Positions 1 through 9,351 are shown, numbered from the stretch's first letter. The stretch is DNA of 35,254 nt from Armatimonadota bacterium (GCA_052386995.1 JBQTJP010000052.1:1-35254), one strand, 5' to 3'. The notes: a model not told the origin generated them from the letters alone. Made by a program: numbers and translations.

Positions 1-18
1 CGGTGGGCGGGCGCGTCG

Positions 19-1146
19 ATGCGTGACCTTCCGCTTCTGCGCCTGGCCGGCGATGCGTACGCGATCGGCGTAGGGCATGGGCAGACCGCCGCCGCCATGA
101 TCGCGCACAATCTGCAGGTGTACTTTGGGCGATTCGCGGAAGAGGCGCTCCTGGATCGCGACGAGGTGCTTCGCCGCGCCGAACGTTACTGGCCGGAGGT
201 GCGGGCGCAGAGATCGGAGTTTGCCGCCATGGTTGAAGGCATCGCCACCGGCGCCCGACGTCCGCTGCTGGAGATCGCGGCGCTCAATCTGCGCTTCGAA
301 CTGCTCTACGCGGAATTTTCGCGCATCGGCCAGGCCGATCTCGGCGGCGTGCCCGCGCCGGCAGGCGACTGCACGGCGTTCGCGGTCCTGCCGGCTGCGT
401 CGGTCGACGGCCACCTCTGGATCGGACAGAACTGGGACTGGATTCCCGATGTAGCCGGCCTGCTGCTGCACGTGACGCGCCCGGACGGATTGCGGGTGCT
501 CTGCTTCACCGAGGCGGGGATCGCGGGGGGAAAAATCGGCCTGAACAGCGCCGGAGTGGGCCTCGTCGTGAACGGGCTGCTTTCCAACGAGGACGACTGG
601 TCACGGCTGGGCCGTCCGTTTCACCTGCGCACCTGGGATGTGCTGTGCAGCACCACGCTCGATGGCGCGGTGGATGCGGTTACGCGCGGCGACCGGTCGT
701 GTTCGGCAAACTTCCTCATTGGGCACGCGGGACCTAGTGGGTCCGGCGCGGCGGTCGACATCGAGACCGCGCCGGCGGCGTTCTGCGCACACGCCCCGGT
801 CGCCGGAACGCTCGCGCATGCCAACCACTTTCTGGAGCCCGACCGCCTCGGCATCTGGCAGCCCATCGTCGAAGAGAAGCGCTCGACGTATCATCGCTGC
901 GCGCGGATGGAGCGCCGCCTGGCCGACGCCGCCGCCCGCGGGCCCATCAGCGATTGGACGCTTCGGGAGATCCTGCGGGACCACGACGGGCGCCCCGATT
1001 CGATCTGCCGGCATCCGAACCCCGCGTTGCCCGCGTCGGAGTCGTACGAAACCGTCGTGTCCGTCGTCATGGACCTGCACGACGGCCGCATGCAGGCAGC
1101 GTCCGGCCCGCCGTGCGAGAGCTCGTATCAGGAGTTCGAGGTCTGA
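19..1146 (+). CDS. Peptidase C45 / acyl-CoA:6-APA acyltransferase-like Ntn hydrolase
   Basis: 375 aa. Autocleavage/nucleophile motif GDCTAF, GQNWDW, KIGLNSAG, AHANHF and DSICRH are typical of family C45. Confidence 0.85.
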   Translation: MRDLPLLRLAGDAYAIGVGHGQTAAAMIAHNLQVYFGRFAEEALLDRDEVLRRAERYWPEVRAQRSEFAAMVEGIATGARRPLLEIAALNLRFELLYAEFSRIGQADLGGVPAPAGDCTAFAVLPAASVDGHLWIGQNWDWIPDVAGLLLHVTRPDGLRVLCFTEAGIAGGKIGLNSAGVGLVVNGLLSNEDDWSRLGRPFHLRTWDVLCSTTLDGAVDAVTRGDRSCSANFLIGHAGPSGSGAAVDIETAPAAFCAHAPVAGTLAHANHFLEPDRLGIWQPIVEEKRSTYHRCARMERRLADAAARGPISDWTLREILRDHDGRPDSICRHPNPALPASESYETVVSVVMDLHDGRMQAASGPPCESSYQEFEV

Positions 1147-1172
1147 TCGCCCACGTTCAAAGCCCCCCGCCG

Positions 1173-1868
1173 CTACCGCGGCTCGGGCCGTCCAGGGGGG
1201 ACTCGGGGCGGCCTGATGCGGTCCGGGGGAAGCGGCTCCCCGATTCCGCGCGGGGACGGTCTCCAGACCGGCGTGGGCGCGGGGGTCGGCGGCCGGACGA
1301 TTCGCCGGTTGCGCATTGCCACCTCGCTCGTGACGTCCGCTTCGGCTCCATCGCGCGGCCTGACCACCAGCCTGATCCTGATCCGCGCCACCGCCTCCGG
1401 CGCGGCGGCGGGCTCACCCGCGGCATCAAGATAGGTCAACTCAACGCGCTCGACGGCGGAGGCCAGGTTGTTCGTGCCCCGGCCCACCCGACGTTCGATC
1501 TCGCGCTGTCGGAGGTTGTGCTGGAAGACGACGTCGTAGCCTTCATCCCGCCGGTACGGATTGCCCGCGGGGACGCGCACGGTGACACGGTCGACGCAGA
1601 GTCCCGCCGGCGCGCATCCCGCGTTGGGAATCACGGCCTCCGCCCACCGCAGTTCCTCGATGACCCGCTCGAGCGCTCTGCGGGCGCCCTGCTGCGCCTC
1701 GAGTCGACTCTCGGTAATCTGAACGTTGCGGCCCGTCATGCGCGCCACCCCGAACAGCCCGGTGGCCGCGAGGGCTACCAGGGAAAGGGCCACCATCAAC
1801 TCGAGCATCGTCAGCCCGGCCGCCGTTGCGTCGGCGCGCAGGCTGGACGCGTTCAGATCCCGGCGCAT
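1173..1868 (-). CDS. Prepilin-type N-terminal cleavage/methylation domain protein (PilW/pseudopilin-like) with Pro/Arg-rich C-tail
   Basis: Class III signal AAG|LTMLELMVALSLVAL (G-1, E+5, hydrophobic helix), then QQGARRALERVIEELRWA. RBS GGAGGG before the ATG. Confidence 0.8.
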   Translation of the reverse strand: MRRDLNASSLRADATAAGLTMLELMVALSLVALAATGLFGVARMTGRNVQITESRLEAQQGARRALERVIEELRWAEAVIPNAGCAPAGLCVDRVTVRVPAGNPYRRDEGYDVVFQHNLRQREIERRVGRGTNNLASAVERVELTYLDAAGEPAAAPEAVARIRIRLVVRPRDGAEADVTSEVAMRNRRIVRPPTPAPTPVWRPSPRGIGEPLPPDRIRPPRVPPGRPEPR

Positions 1869-1963
1869 GCCATCCCTCCGGCCGAACTCGTCCTGTCACC
1901 ATTGCTATCGGCCGGAAAGCGCTCGGCATGCAGAGGTGGTGGGCGCGCAGCGGCACGCCCGCG

Positions 1964-2848
1964 ATGATCGGGGAAGCCGCCGCCATCGGGTCGGCCGTGG
2001 CGTTCGGGATCAGCACGGTGCTCGCCCGACGGTTCATGGATGCTATTCCGCCCGAATCGGGTGTCCTGGTCAGCATCACCACCAACGTCGTCGTCTTCTC
2101 CACGATCGCGGCGGTTGCGGCGGCACGGAGCGGTTTCCCGCCGATCCACCCGGCGTCCATCCCGCTCTTTGTCCTCGGAGGCCTGGCGGGGACGCTGGTC
2201 GGCAGGAACCTTACCTACGTCAGCATCGAAGTGCTGGGCGCACCGCTCTCGACCACGATCCGCCTCAGCGCCGTCGCCTTCACGCTGCTGTTCGGGCTCG
2301 TGTTCCTGAAGGAATTGCCGCGGCCCTGGCAGCTGGTTGGCCTCACGGTGATCACGATCGCTCTCTGGATCTGCGTATGGTCGCGCGGCCGCGGAGCGCC
2401 ATCCGGCGGGAGCAGGTCGACCGGATCCGGACTTCTGCTGGCGCTGGCTGGCGGCGCGGGTTTTGCCGTGGGTGATACCGTCCGGCGCGGGGCGCTGGTC
2501 CTCACCCCGGCGCCGGTGCTGGGTGCGGCCGTCGGCGCATGTGCGGCGCTTACCGGTCACCTGCTGTGGTCGCGCTTTCGCGCATCGGCGCGATGGCCCA
2601 GGGGACCGGCGCTGCGCCGCCCCGATCTATTGGGCAGTGCCGCCTTCAATACGATTGCCATCCTGTTGCTGTTCGTCGCGCTGGGTCGCGCGCCGGTCGC
2701 GATCGTCTCGGTGCTCTACAATCTGCAGGTGCTCGTCGTGTTCATCGTCAGCCCGCTCTTGCTACGCGGGCAGGAGCCGATTACCGCCTGGCTGGTGCTC
2801 GGGACGGCGCTGGCGCTGGCCGGAACGACTATGATTCTGATGGGATGA
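1964..2848 (+). CDS. EamA/DMT family transporter
   Basis: About 10 hydrophobic helices in two EamA-like repeats (LGGLAGTLVGR...SIEVLGAPLS...VFLKE; ALGRAPVAIVS...LRGQEPIT). Start at ATG 1964 (MIGEAAAIGSA) is preferred; ATG 1928 is possible; the track start 1826 overlaps the divergent gene. Confidence 0.8.
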   Translation: MIGEAAAIGSAVAFGISTVLARRFMDAIPPESGVLVSITTNVVVFSTIAAVAAARSGFPPIHPASIPLFVLGGLAGTLVGRNLTYVSIEVLGAPLSTTIRLSAVAFTLLFGLVFLKELPRPWQLVGLTVITIALWICVWSRGRGAPSGGSRSTGSGLLLALAGGAGFAVGDTVRRGALVLTPAPVLGAAVGACAALTGHLLWSRFRASARWPRGPALRRPDLLGSAAFNTIAILLLFVALGRAPVAIVSVLYNLQVLVVFIVSPLLLRGQEPITAWLVLGTALALAGTTMILMG

Positions 2849-2851
2849 GGA

Positions 2852-3319
2852 TCAGGCTCCCTGCAGCGCGCGGAGATACCGGATCTGCCCGGCGTGATAG
2901 ATGTCGTGCGTTGCCATCCGCATCAGGCGGAGGCCCAGGGCCAGGTCATCGCCTTCGACTGGTCTCGCCACCGCGTCGTCAGTTTTGGCCTGCACCCAGG
3001 ATACGAAGCGCTCCGTGATGTCCTTGAGCGCACGCACATCCGCCTGCCATGCGGCGTCGTCGCCGGAGACCTCCTGCCAGTCGCCGCGCTCGACCTCGGC
3101 GTAGTCGGGCTTCTTGCCGTTCCAGTCGTCGTAGACGGCCCGCTTCCAGCGGGTGATGTGGCGGGCTATCTGCCAGATTGAATTGCGCTGGGGCCCGGGC
3201 TTCCACGCGGCCTGCGCCGCGGTGACCCCGTCAATCGACATCGCCAGCGACGGCTGCCAGGCTTCCTTTTCGAAGGTGTACTCGAAGTGATAGAGCACGG
3301 CATCTTTGACGCTGATCAT
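2852..3319 (-). CDS. DinB/YfiT family protein (putative metal-dependent thiol transferase)
   Basis: SIWQIARHITRW and ATHDIYHAGQI carry the DinB His triad. RBS AGGAGGG directly follows the upstream gene's TAG. Confidence 0.85.
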   Translation of the reverse strand: MISVKDAVLYHFEYTFEKEAWQPSLAMSIDGVTAAQAAWKPGPQRNSIWQIARHITRWKRAVYDDWNGKKPDYAEVERGDWQEVSGDDAAWQADVRALKDITERFVSWVQAKTDDAVARPVEGDDLALGLRLMRMATHDIYHAGQIRYLRALQGA

Positions 3320-3328
3320 CGCTCCCTC

Positions 3329-6300
3329 CTATTCGCGCAGCACCGCGGCGCGAGGGCTGGCGAGGAATGTTGCCCGCAGGTCGTCGGGCAGCGAGGCTGC
3401 GAGGCGCGACAGCAGCGCACGCAGTGGCTCGTGGTCTTCCCGGCTTCCGGTAATGTGAAGTCGCAGCTCGAGCGCGCGCCGGATGGTGAAGACGTCTCCT
3501 ACAGACCGGCCCAACTGCACTGCCTTGTCGATGTGGACGAGCGCCTGCTCGGAGTTTCCGTCCCTGAGCGCAAGATGCCCCTCGAAGATCTCCAATGCTG
3601 CCAGATGCGGGGGCGCACCCCAGCGTTCAACGACAGGACGGCGATCGCGCAAGAACTGCCGCAGCTCCTCGATGCGTCCCGTTTCTAGCAGGACCTCCCC
3701 CATGGGCAGGACCATCTCGCCGTCGTCAGGGACGAAGACCTCCCAGGGGAGCCGTCCGATCTCCTCCAGCGCCCGCTCGAGGGCGCCGGTATCGTGATCG
3801 TGTAGGGTGAGGATCATGTCGACGGCAAGCTTCACCATCTGCCACGAGGGGTTGACGGCCTCGATCTTCGCCACGGGGGCGAGCATCGTCCGTGCCCGCT
3901 CGACATCGCCGATCTCGTAGTAGATTTCCGCGAGATACAACGATGGAAACGGGAGGTGGACCTTCGCGTACTCCGCCACCAACGGAAGGCTGCTCTCCAA
4001 CTGGCCGAGGGCTTCGCCCCACTCGCCGAGCGAGCCGCGCGCGTGGGCCACAAACGACAGGGTGAAGGCCAGGCGCCGCTTGTCGTCAATCTCTTTCGCC
4101 AGCGCGATGGCCGCTTCGCCATCACGGATCGCGTCCTCGTAGTTGCCCCAAAAGGAATTGATCACGCTGAGGTACGAGAGGCTTGTCGCTTGCCGTGATT
4201 TGTCCCCGGCCTCGCGGGCGGCGGCCAGCCCTTCCTGCGCAGCGACGATTGCTGCCTGCCGATAGCCGGCGGCATACTTCGCCATGCACATCAGGTTCAG
4301 ACCGCGGGCCAGGCTCGATTTGTCGCCCGTTTCGCGCAGAAAGCCAATTCCCTCGACGAGTGTGGTATCGTCCGGTCCCAGTCGACCCCGGTCCCAGGCG
4401 ACATTGGCCAGATCCACCAGTGACAGCCCCAGGGTCAGCCGGTTTTCTGCCTCGCGGGCCAGCGCAGCGGCGCGCCGGAAGTGGGCCTCAGCTTGATCGA
4501 GCCGCAGCTCTCGGTGGTGGATGAGGCCGACGCGGTTCTCCAGCACCGCTTCAAGGGCTCGATCGTTCCCATCCCGTGCCGCGGCGAGCCCCTGTTCGAA
4601 GTCATCAAGTGCCGCCTTGTAGGCGCCCCGCAGCTGATGGACCTCCCCGCGATCACCGCGGATGCGCGCGATGTCACTCTTCGGCGCGCCGGCCCTCGCT
4701 GCGGCTTCCAGCGCCTGATCAAAGAGGCGAAGGGCATTGTCGTTGTCATATTGACGCCGGGCCTTGTTGCCGGCCCGCTGCAGGTAGGGAGCAGCCCGCG
4801 CATCGTCCCCGGCCATGCGGAAGTGTTCCGCGACGATTTCCACGGCCTCCTCCACGCGTTCGCCCAGGCGTGTCTCCAGCCAGCGCCCGGCTTCGCCGTG
4901 GGCTCGCTGGCGTTGCGAACGGGGGAGCATGCCGTAGGCGACATCACGCGTCAAGATATGCCGGAACGCGTACTCGCGCTCTCCCGCGATTGAAGACTGA
5001 GGGCGCGCAACAACCAGCTCTTTCTTGATCAGATCTTCGATCGCCTTGATGGTTTCTTCCTCGAACAGGCCCGCCAGGGGCGCCACTGCCGATGGCCAGA
5101 ACTTGCGATCCAGCACCGAGGCCGCCTGTAGCACTCGGCGCTCCTGCGGCGGCAACCGGTCGATGCGTGCGGTCAGCACCGCTTGAACCGTGTCCGGGAT
5201 GGCGGCGCCGGGCCCGCTTCCTTCCATCAACATGCGGACCAGTTCCTCCACGAACAGAGGGTTTCCGCCCGCCCGGTGCGCGATCGTCTGCTGCAGTTCG
5301 GACGTAAGGCCTTGACTGCTGAGGTGTGCCACCAGGTCTTCCGCTTCGCGTGCCCGCAGTGGCTTCAAATCCATCGTCGTGGCGTTGCGCCCCCCGCCTC
5401 CCCACGTGGCGCGGCGCTCGCGCAGTTCCGGGCGTCCCAGACAGATGAGGAAGAGTGGGGCGGATTCGATGCTCTCCGCAACCCACTCCACGAGGTCAAG
5501 GACCCCGTCGTCCGCCCAATGGATATCCTCCAAAGCCAAAATGACCGGCCGATCGGCGGCCAGGGCTGCGATCAGGGTCTGCCAAGTATCGAAAAGCATC
5601 CGCCGCGCCTCTCCGGGATCGGTCGGCGTTACGGCGTCGGCGCCGAAAGTTTGGAGCAGTCCGCCCAGGAGTCCGGCGTGTTGGGGCAGGCGCTCGCGAA
5701 GCCACTCTGTGAGCTTCGCGCGGACGATCTCAGGGGGGTCGGTGTCCATCAGGCCCGCCTGGGTGCGGAGAATGTCCAGCAGCGCGTGATATCCAATCCG
5801 CCCGCCGAACGCGACACTCCGACCGCGGAGCACAAGAGGCCGGGGGTCGAGATCGCGGACCTCCGCGAGGAATTCCCTCAGCAGCCGGCTCTTGCCGACC
5901 CCTGCTTGGCCGAGCACCGTGACCATGTGGACGATCGCCTCATCGCAGCTACGCTGGTAGAGGTTGCGCAGCAGGCCCAACTCCGCATGCCGGCCGACCA
6001 GCGGCGCGGCGATGCGGCGCACGTCCGGCCGTTCAGGCAAAGGTTCGACCGCTTCCCAGACCCGCACGGGCGTCGCCTTCCCCTTGACCTCCATTGGTGG
6101 ACATTCGCGGTATTCGATGACATCACGCGTCAGGCGGTAGGTGCGCTCGCCGACCACGACGACCCCGGGTGAGACCGTCTGCTGAAGGCGTGCGGCAGTC
6201 GTGACCGCATCGGAGATCAGAAAGTCGCGGTCGAACGTCGAGCCCGAAGCCGCGACAACTTCTCCCGTGTTGACGCCAACCCGCGTCTCGAGGCGAACCC

Positions 6301-6802
6301 CGTGCGCCGCGTGCAGGTGCTCGTTGAGCGTCGGCAGCGCGTCGCGGATGTCCAGGCCCGCCCGGACCGCGCGTTCTGGGTCGTCCTCGTGGGTGACCGG
6401 CAGTCCAAAAACCGCGAGCACCGCGTCGCCGAGGAGATTCGCGACTGTCCCGCCCGTGCGCTCGACCGCATGCCGGACTACGCCATAGAACTTGCCGACG
6501 ACCTCGCGGGCCTCCTCGGGATCGAGCCGCTCGGTCAATCCCGTCGAGCTTACCAGGTCGGCGAAGACCACCGTGACGACCTTGCGCGCTTCCGCGGTGA
6601 GGACGGGTCCGGCGTCGAGTCTGGCCTTTACCCCGGCGCCGACCGGGATACCACAGTTCGCGCAAAACTTCGCTCCCTCGTCAAGCGGCGCGCCGCACTC
6701 TGGGCAGGGCGTCCGCTGCGGCTTTCCGCAATTAGGGCAAAACTTTGCGGTTGCGGGATTTTCCTGCCCGCAGTTCCAGCAGGCAATCGTCTCAGTGGGC
6801 AT
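3329..6802 (-). CDS. Double zinc ribbon - class III adenylate/guanylate cyclase - STAND (AAA) ATPase - TPR protein
   Basis: Four CxxC pairs (CWNC, CPNC, CPEC, CANC). Cyclase motifs FADLVSST, LGDAVLAVFG, RVGVNTGEV, AARLQ. Walker A GQAGVGKS, Walker B LALEDIHWAD, STAND GGNPLF, and helical TPR-like C-terminus. Confidence 0.92.
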   Translation of the reverse strand: MPTETIACWNCGQENPATAKFCPNCGKPQRTPCPECGAPLDEGAKFCANCGIPVGAGVKARLDAGPVLTAEARKVVTVVFADLVSSTGLTERLDPEEAREVVGKFYGVVRHAVERTGGTVANLLGDAVLAVFGLPVTHEDDPERAVRAGLDIRDALPTLNEHLHAAHGVRLETRVGVNTGEVVAASGSTFDRDFLISDAVTTAARLQQTVSPGVVVVGERTYRLTRDVIEYRECPPMEVKGKATPVRVWEAVEPLPERPDVRRIAAPLVGRHAELGLLRNLYQRSCDEAIVHMVTVLGQAGVGKSRLLREFLAEVRDLDPRPLVLRGRSVAFGGRIGYHALLDILRTQAGLMDTDPPEIVRAKLTEWLRERLPQHAGLLGGLLQTFGADAVTPTDPGEARRMLFDTWQTLIAALAADRPVILALEDIHWADDGVLDLVEWVAESIESAPLFLICLGRPELRERRATWGGGGRNATTMDLKPLRAREAEDLVAHLSSQGLTSELQQTIAHRAGGNPLFVEELVRMLMEGSGPGAAIPDTVQAVLTARIDRLPPQERRVLQAASVLDRKFWPSAVAPLAGLFEEETIKAIEDLIKKELVVARPQSSIAGEREYAFRHILTRDVAYGMLPRSQRQRAHGEAGRWLETRLGERVEEAVEIVAEHFRMAGDDARAAPYLQRAGNKARRQYDNDNALRLFDQALEAAARAGAPKSDIARIRGDRGEVHQLRGAYKAALDDFEQGLAAARDGNDRALEAVLENRVGLIHHRELRLDQAEAHFRRAAALAREAENRLTLGLSLVDLANVAWDRGRLGPDDTTLVEGIGFLRETGDKSSLARGLNLMCMAKYAAGYRQAAIVAAQEGLAAAREAGDKSRQATSLSYLSVINSFWGNYEDAIRDGEAAIALAKEIDDKRRLAFTLSFVAHARGSLGEWGEALGQLESSLPLVAEYAKVHLPFPSLYLAEIYYEIGDVERARTMLAPVAKIEAVNPSWQMVKLAVDMILTLHDHDTGALERALEEIGRLPWEVFVPDDGEMVLPMGEVLLETGRIEELRQFLRDRRPVVERWGAPPHLAALEIFEGHLALRDGNSEQALVHIDKAVQLGRSVGDVFTIRRALELRLHITGSREDHEPLRALLSRLAASLPDDLRATFLASPRAAVLRE

Positions 6803-7955
6803 GCGGCGGTGCAGGGTGGGGGCTCGACTCCTGGTGTGTGTGCAGTTCGTGCTTCGAGATCGCTGTCGTGTCCGGCTCGCGGGACGCCATCTCCTCCCCG
6901 AGCAATTCTACCAGGCGGGCGAACCACGCGCCCATCTGGGAGGCGAACTGCTCCCGCATGACTTTCCAGAGCTCCTGCTGCTTCCGGTTCCTAAACTTCT
7001 CCACGCGCATATGCATGGACGTGCCGGGGTCCGTGGGGGTGAATTCGAATGTATATCGCATTGGGCCGAAGCCCGGGACATTCGCCTGTATCGTGTAGTA
7101 GTCAAACGGACGCCAGTCGAGGATCTCCTCCACGATCACCCCGTGACCGTGGACGCAGTGGTTCGTCGTTCCAACGCCCCGGCGGCCGCCGACGTTCGTC
7201 TGGTCGACACGATCGGTCCCGACCTGCCACAGAACCCGTTTTTGAGGATCGGTCAGGTTCTCCCAGGCCACGGGTGGCGGCGCGGGGAGGGAAACGTCGA
7301 AGCTGGTCTCGACGTTATCTGGCTCCACAGTGACGCGCCTGTGCTCGCGCTCGTGCATCCACCGCGCCTCCAGATCGTGCATGTACATCATCACGTCGCC
7401 GATGTGCTCGTAGTTCTCGTGATGCTCGCGCATCCCAAGCGCGCCGACATCGATGCCCATAGCCGCGATACACGCCGCGCTGAATAGAGCATACCCGTTG
7501 AGCGTGAATTTCTCGGCGACCGAGTTCTTCAGCAGCCGGTGGACAACGATCACATCCGTGCCGGCTAGCTCCTCACGGCCGGCGATGCGCTGCCGGACGA
7601 ACTCGCCGTGGTGGATGACGAACTTCAAGTTCAGGTTTGGGATCAACACGCACGCGTTGCACTCACACGTTGTGGCCTGGCGGATGCTTCGAAGACGGCG
7701 CTGGAAGGCGAAGTAACAGCCTTCCACGGTGTCGAGGAGCATCGAGCCGTCGATCTTTGCCTCAAGCGCATACACGAACGCCGCGTCTCCCTCGAGTTTC
7801 GCCAGCCGCAGCACGGGCCGCAGCCCGCCAACCACGGTTTCGAAGAGGTCGGCCAGGACGTCCTGCGCGTGCTCGAGCTCGCTGCCGGTCAGGTAGCCCG
7901 TGTACCCCGAGATATCCGCGATGACCAGGCAGGCGCGTTCGGCGCGTGAAAGCAT
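6792..7955 (-). CDS. DUF2652 (class III cyclase-fold) domain fused to SRPBCC/START-like ligand-binding domain
   Basis: ADISGYT, KLEGDA, CECNAC, LKFVIHHGE, DVIVVHRLLKN (DUF2652 pattern). C-terminal LPAPPPVAWENLTDP...EEILDWRPFDYYT (SRPBCC pattern). True start is ATG 7955 with RBS GGGGAG; the track start 8111 overlaps the next gene. Confidence 0.8.
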   Translation of the reverse strand: MLSRAERACLVIADISGYTGYLTGSELEHAQDVLADLFETVVGGLRPVLRLAKLEGDAAFVYALEAKIDGSMLLDTVEGCYFAFQRRLRSIRQATTCECNACVLIPNLNLKFVIHHGEFVRQRIAGREELAGTDVIVVHRLLKNSVAEKFTLNGYALFSAACIAAMGIDVGALGMREHHENYEHIGDVMMYMHDLEARWMHEREHRRVTVEPDNVETSFDVSLPAPPPVAWENLTDPQKRVLWQVGTDRVDQTNVGGRRGVGTTNHCVHGHGVIVEEILDWRPFDYYTIQANVPGFGPMRYTFEFTPTDPGTSMHMRVEKFRNRKQQELWKVMREQFASQMGAWFARLVELLGEEMASREPDTTAISKHELHTHQESSPHPAPPHAH

Positions 7956-8013
7956 GATCTTCTCCCCGTGAACAAGCGTCCTCTTGCGAATTAGACGGCG
8001 ATGGAAGCGATTC

Positions 8014-9351
8014 CTAGGCGCAGCCGGCCGTGTACAGGTGCCACTCGCCCGGCACGCCTTTGAGCGCGTGCGCACCCCGGTCCTCGAACCTGATGCCTGA
8101 GCCCGCCACAAGATCCCTCACCGTGCTCGACACCACTACCTCACCGGCGCCAGCGTGCGCCGCCACCCGGGCGCCGATGTGTACCGCGATCCCTCCCACC
8201 TGTGGCCCCGTGACTTCGATCTCGCCCGTATGGAGTCCGACGCGAACCTCGATTCCAAGCTGCCTGACGGCCTCGGCAATGCCGCACGCGCAACGGATCG
8301 CTCGCGCAGGGCCGTCAAAGGTCGCAAAGACGCCGTCGCCCGCGGTGTCAATCTTCCGGCCGCGATACCGGCCGAGTTCCCGGTCGATCAGGTCGTAGTA
8401 AGCCGCCAGAACGTCGCGCCACCTGCGGTCGCCGAGATCGGCCGCGCGCTCGGTAGAGCCGACGACGTCTGCAAAGAGCACCGTCACCAGCACCCGGTCC
8501 GGTTCCGGCCCTCGCCGGACGCCGGTGAGAAACTCCTCGATCTCGTCCAAGATGGCGTCTTGATCACCGACCCAGGGCAGATGATCGGCTCCGGGGAGCT
8601 CGACATACCTGGCACCGGGAATGCGCTCAGTCATGTACCGGCTGCCGCCGGCGTCGATGTCGAGGTCGCCCTTCCGGTGAATAATGAGTGTAGGCACGCG
8701 GATCACCGACAGGATGTGCCGGATGTCGACCTGCGTGTTCATGCGTGCAAGCGCGAGCGCCGCGCCGGGACTGGCACTACGGCGCAAGTAGGCGGCAAAC
8801 CAGCGACGGAAGCGCTCGTCGCCGGCCGTGCTGGGCGCCAGGGTTGCGAGATCGACAACGCCGCCCCATCCCTGTTGAATGGCGTCGAAGAACTTCTGTC
8901 GCTCCTGGGGTGTCGGCGCCCATGGATAATCCTGGGACCAGATGCGCTTGGCGTAGGAGCCGTACATAACCAACGCCGAAGTGCGCTGCGGATAGGTCGC
9001 GGCGAACAGGGAACACATGGGGCCACCCTCGGAGACACCGACGAGCGCAGCCCGCTCCGAGCCAACCGCGTCCATGACCGCGCGTACATCGTCCATCCGT
9101 TGCTCGAGGGTCGGCATCTCTGCGTCGGAGACGCGATCGGAAAGTCCCGTGCCCCGCTTGTCAAACAGGATAAGGCGCGAGAACGAGGCAAGGCGGTTGA
9201 GGAACCGAGCATACGACGGCTCCTCCCAGAAGTAATCCAGGTGCGACACCCAACCCATCACATAGACCAGGTCGAGAGAGCCACTCCCGACCACCTGGTA
9301 GGCGATGTTGACTCCACCGCTCTTCGCGTAGCGTGTTTCTGGCAGCAGCAT
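8014..9351 (-). CDS. Alpha/beta-hydrolase - class III adenylate cyclase fusion (mycobacterial LipJ/Rv1900c-like architecture)
   Basis: ETRYAKSGGVNIAYQV, FDKRGTGLSD, nucleophile elbow GVSEGG, GADHLPW. Cyclase FADVVGSTE, DTAGDG, RVGLHTGE, AVHIGARV, LKGVPG. Start ATG 9351 (MLLPETRY) or 9411. Confidence 0.92.
   Translation of the reverse strand: MLLPETRYAKSGGVNIAYQVVGSGSLDLVYVMGWVSHLDYFWEEPSYARFLNRLASFSRLILFDKRGTGLSDRVSDAEMPTLEQRMDDVRAVMDAVGSERAALVGVSEGGPMCSLFAATYPQRTSALVMYGSYAKRIWSQDYPWAPTPQERQKFFDAIQQGWGGVVDLATLAPSTAGDERFRRWFAAYLRRSASPGAALALARMNTQVDIRHILSVIRVPTLIIHRKGDLDIDAGGSRYMTERIPGARYVELPGADHLPWVGDQDAILDEIEEFLTGVRRGPEPDRVLVTVLFADVVGSTERAADLGDRRWRDVLAAYYDLIDRELGRYRGRKIDTAGDGVFATFDGPARAIRCACGIAEAVRQLGIEVRVGLHTGEIEVTGPQVGGIAVHIGARVAAHAGAGEVVVSSTVRDLVAGSGIRFEDRGAHALKGVPGEWHLYTAGCA

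Noticed and set aside
19..1146. Penicillin/beta-lactam biosynthesis (IAT homolog)
   Set aside because: C45 proteins are widespread, and there is no ACV synthetase, IPNS or other biosynthetic gene nearby.
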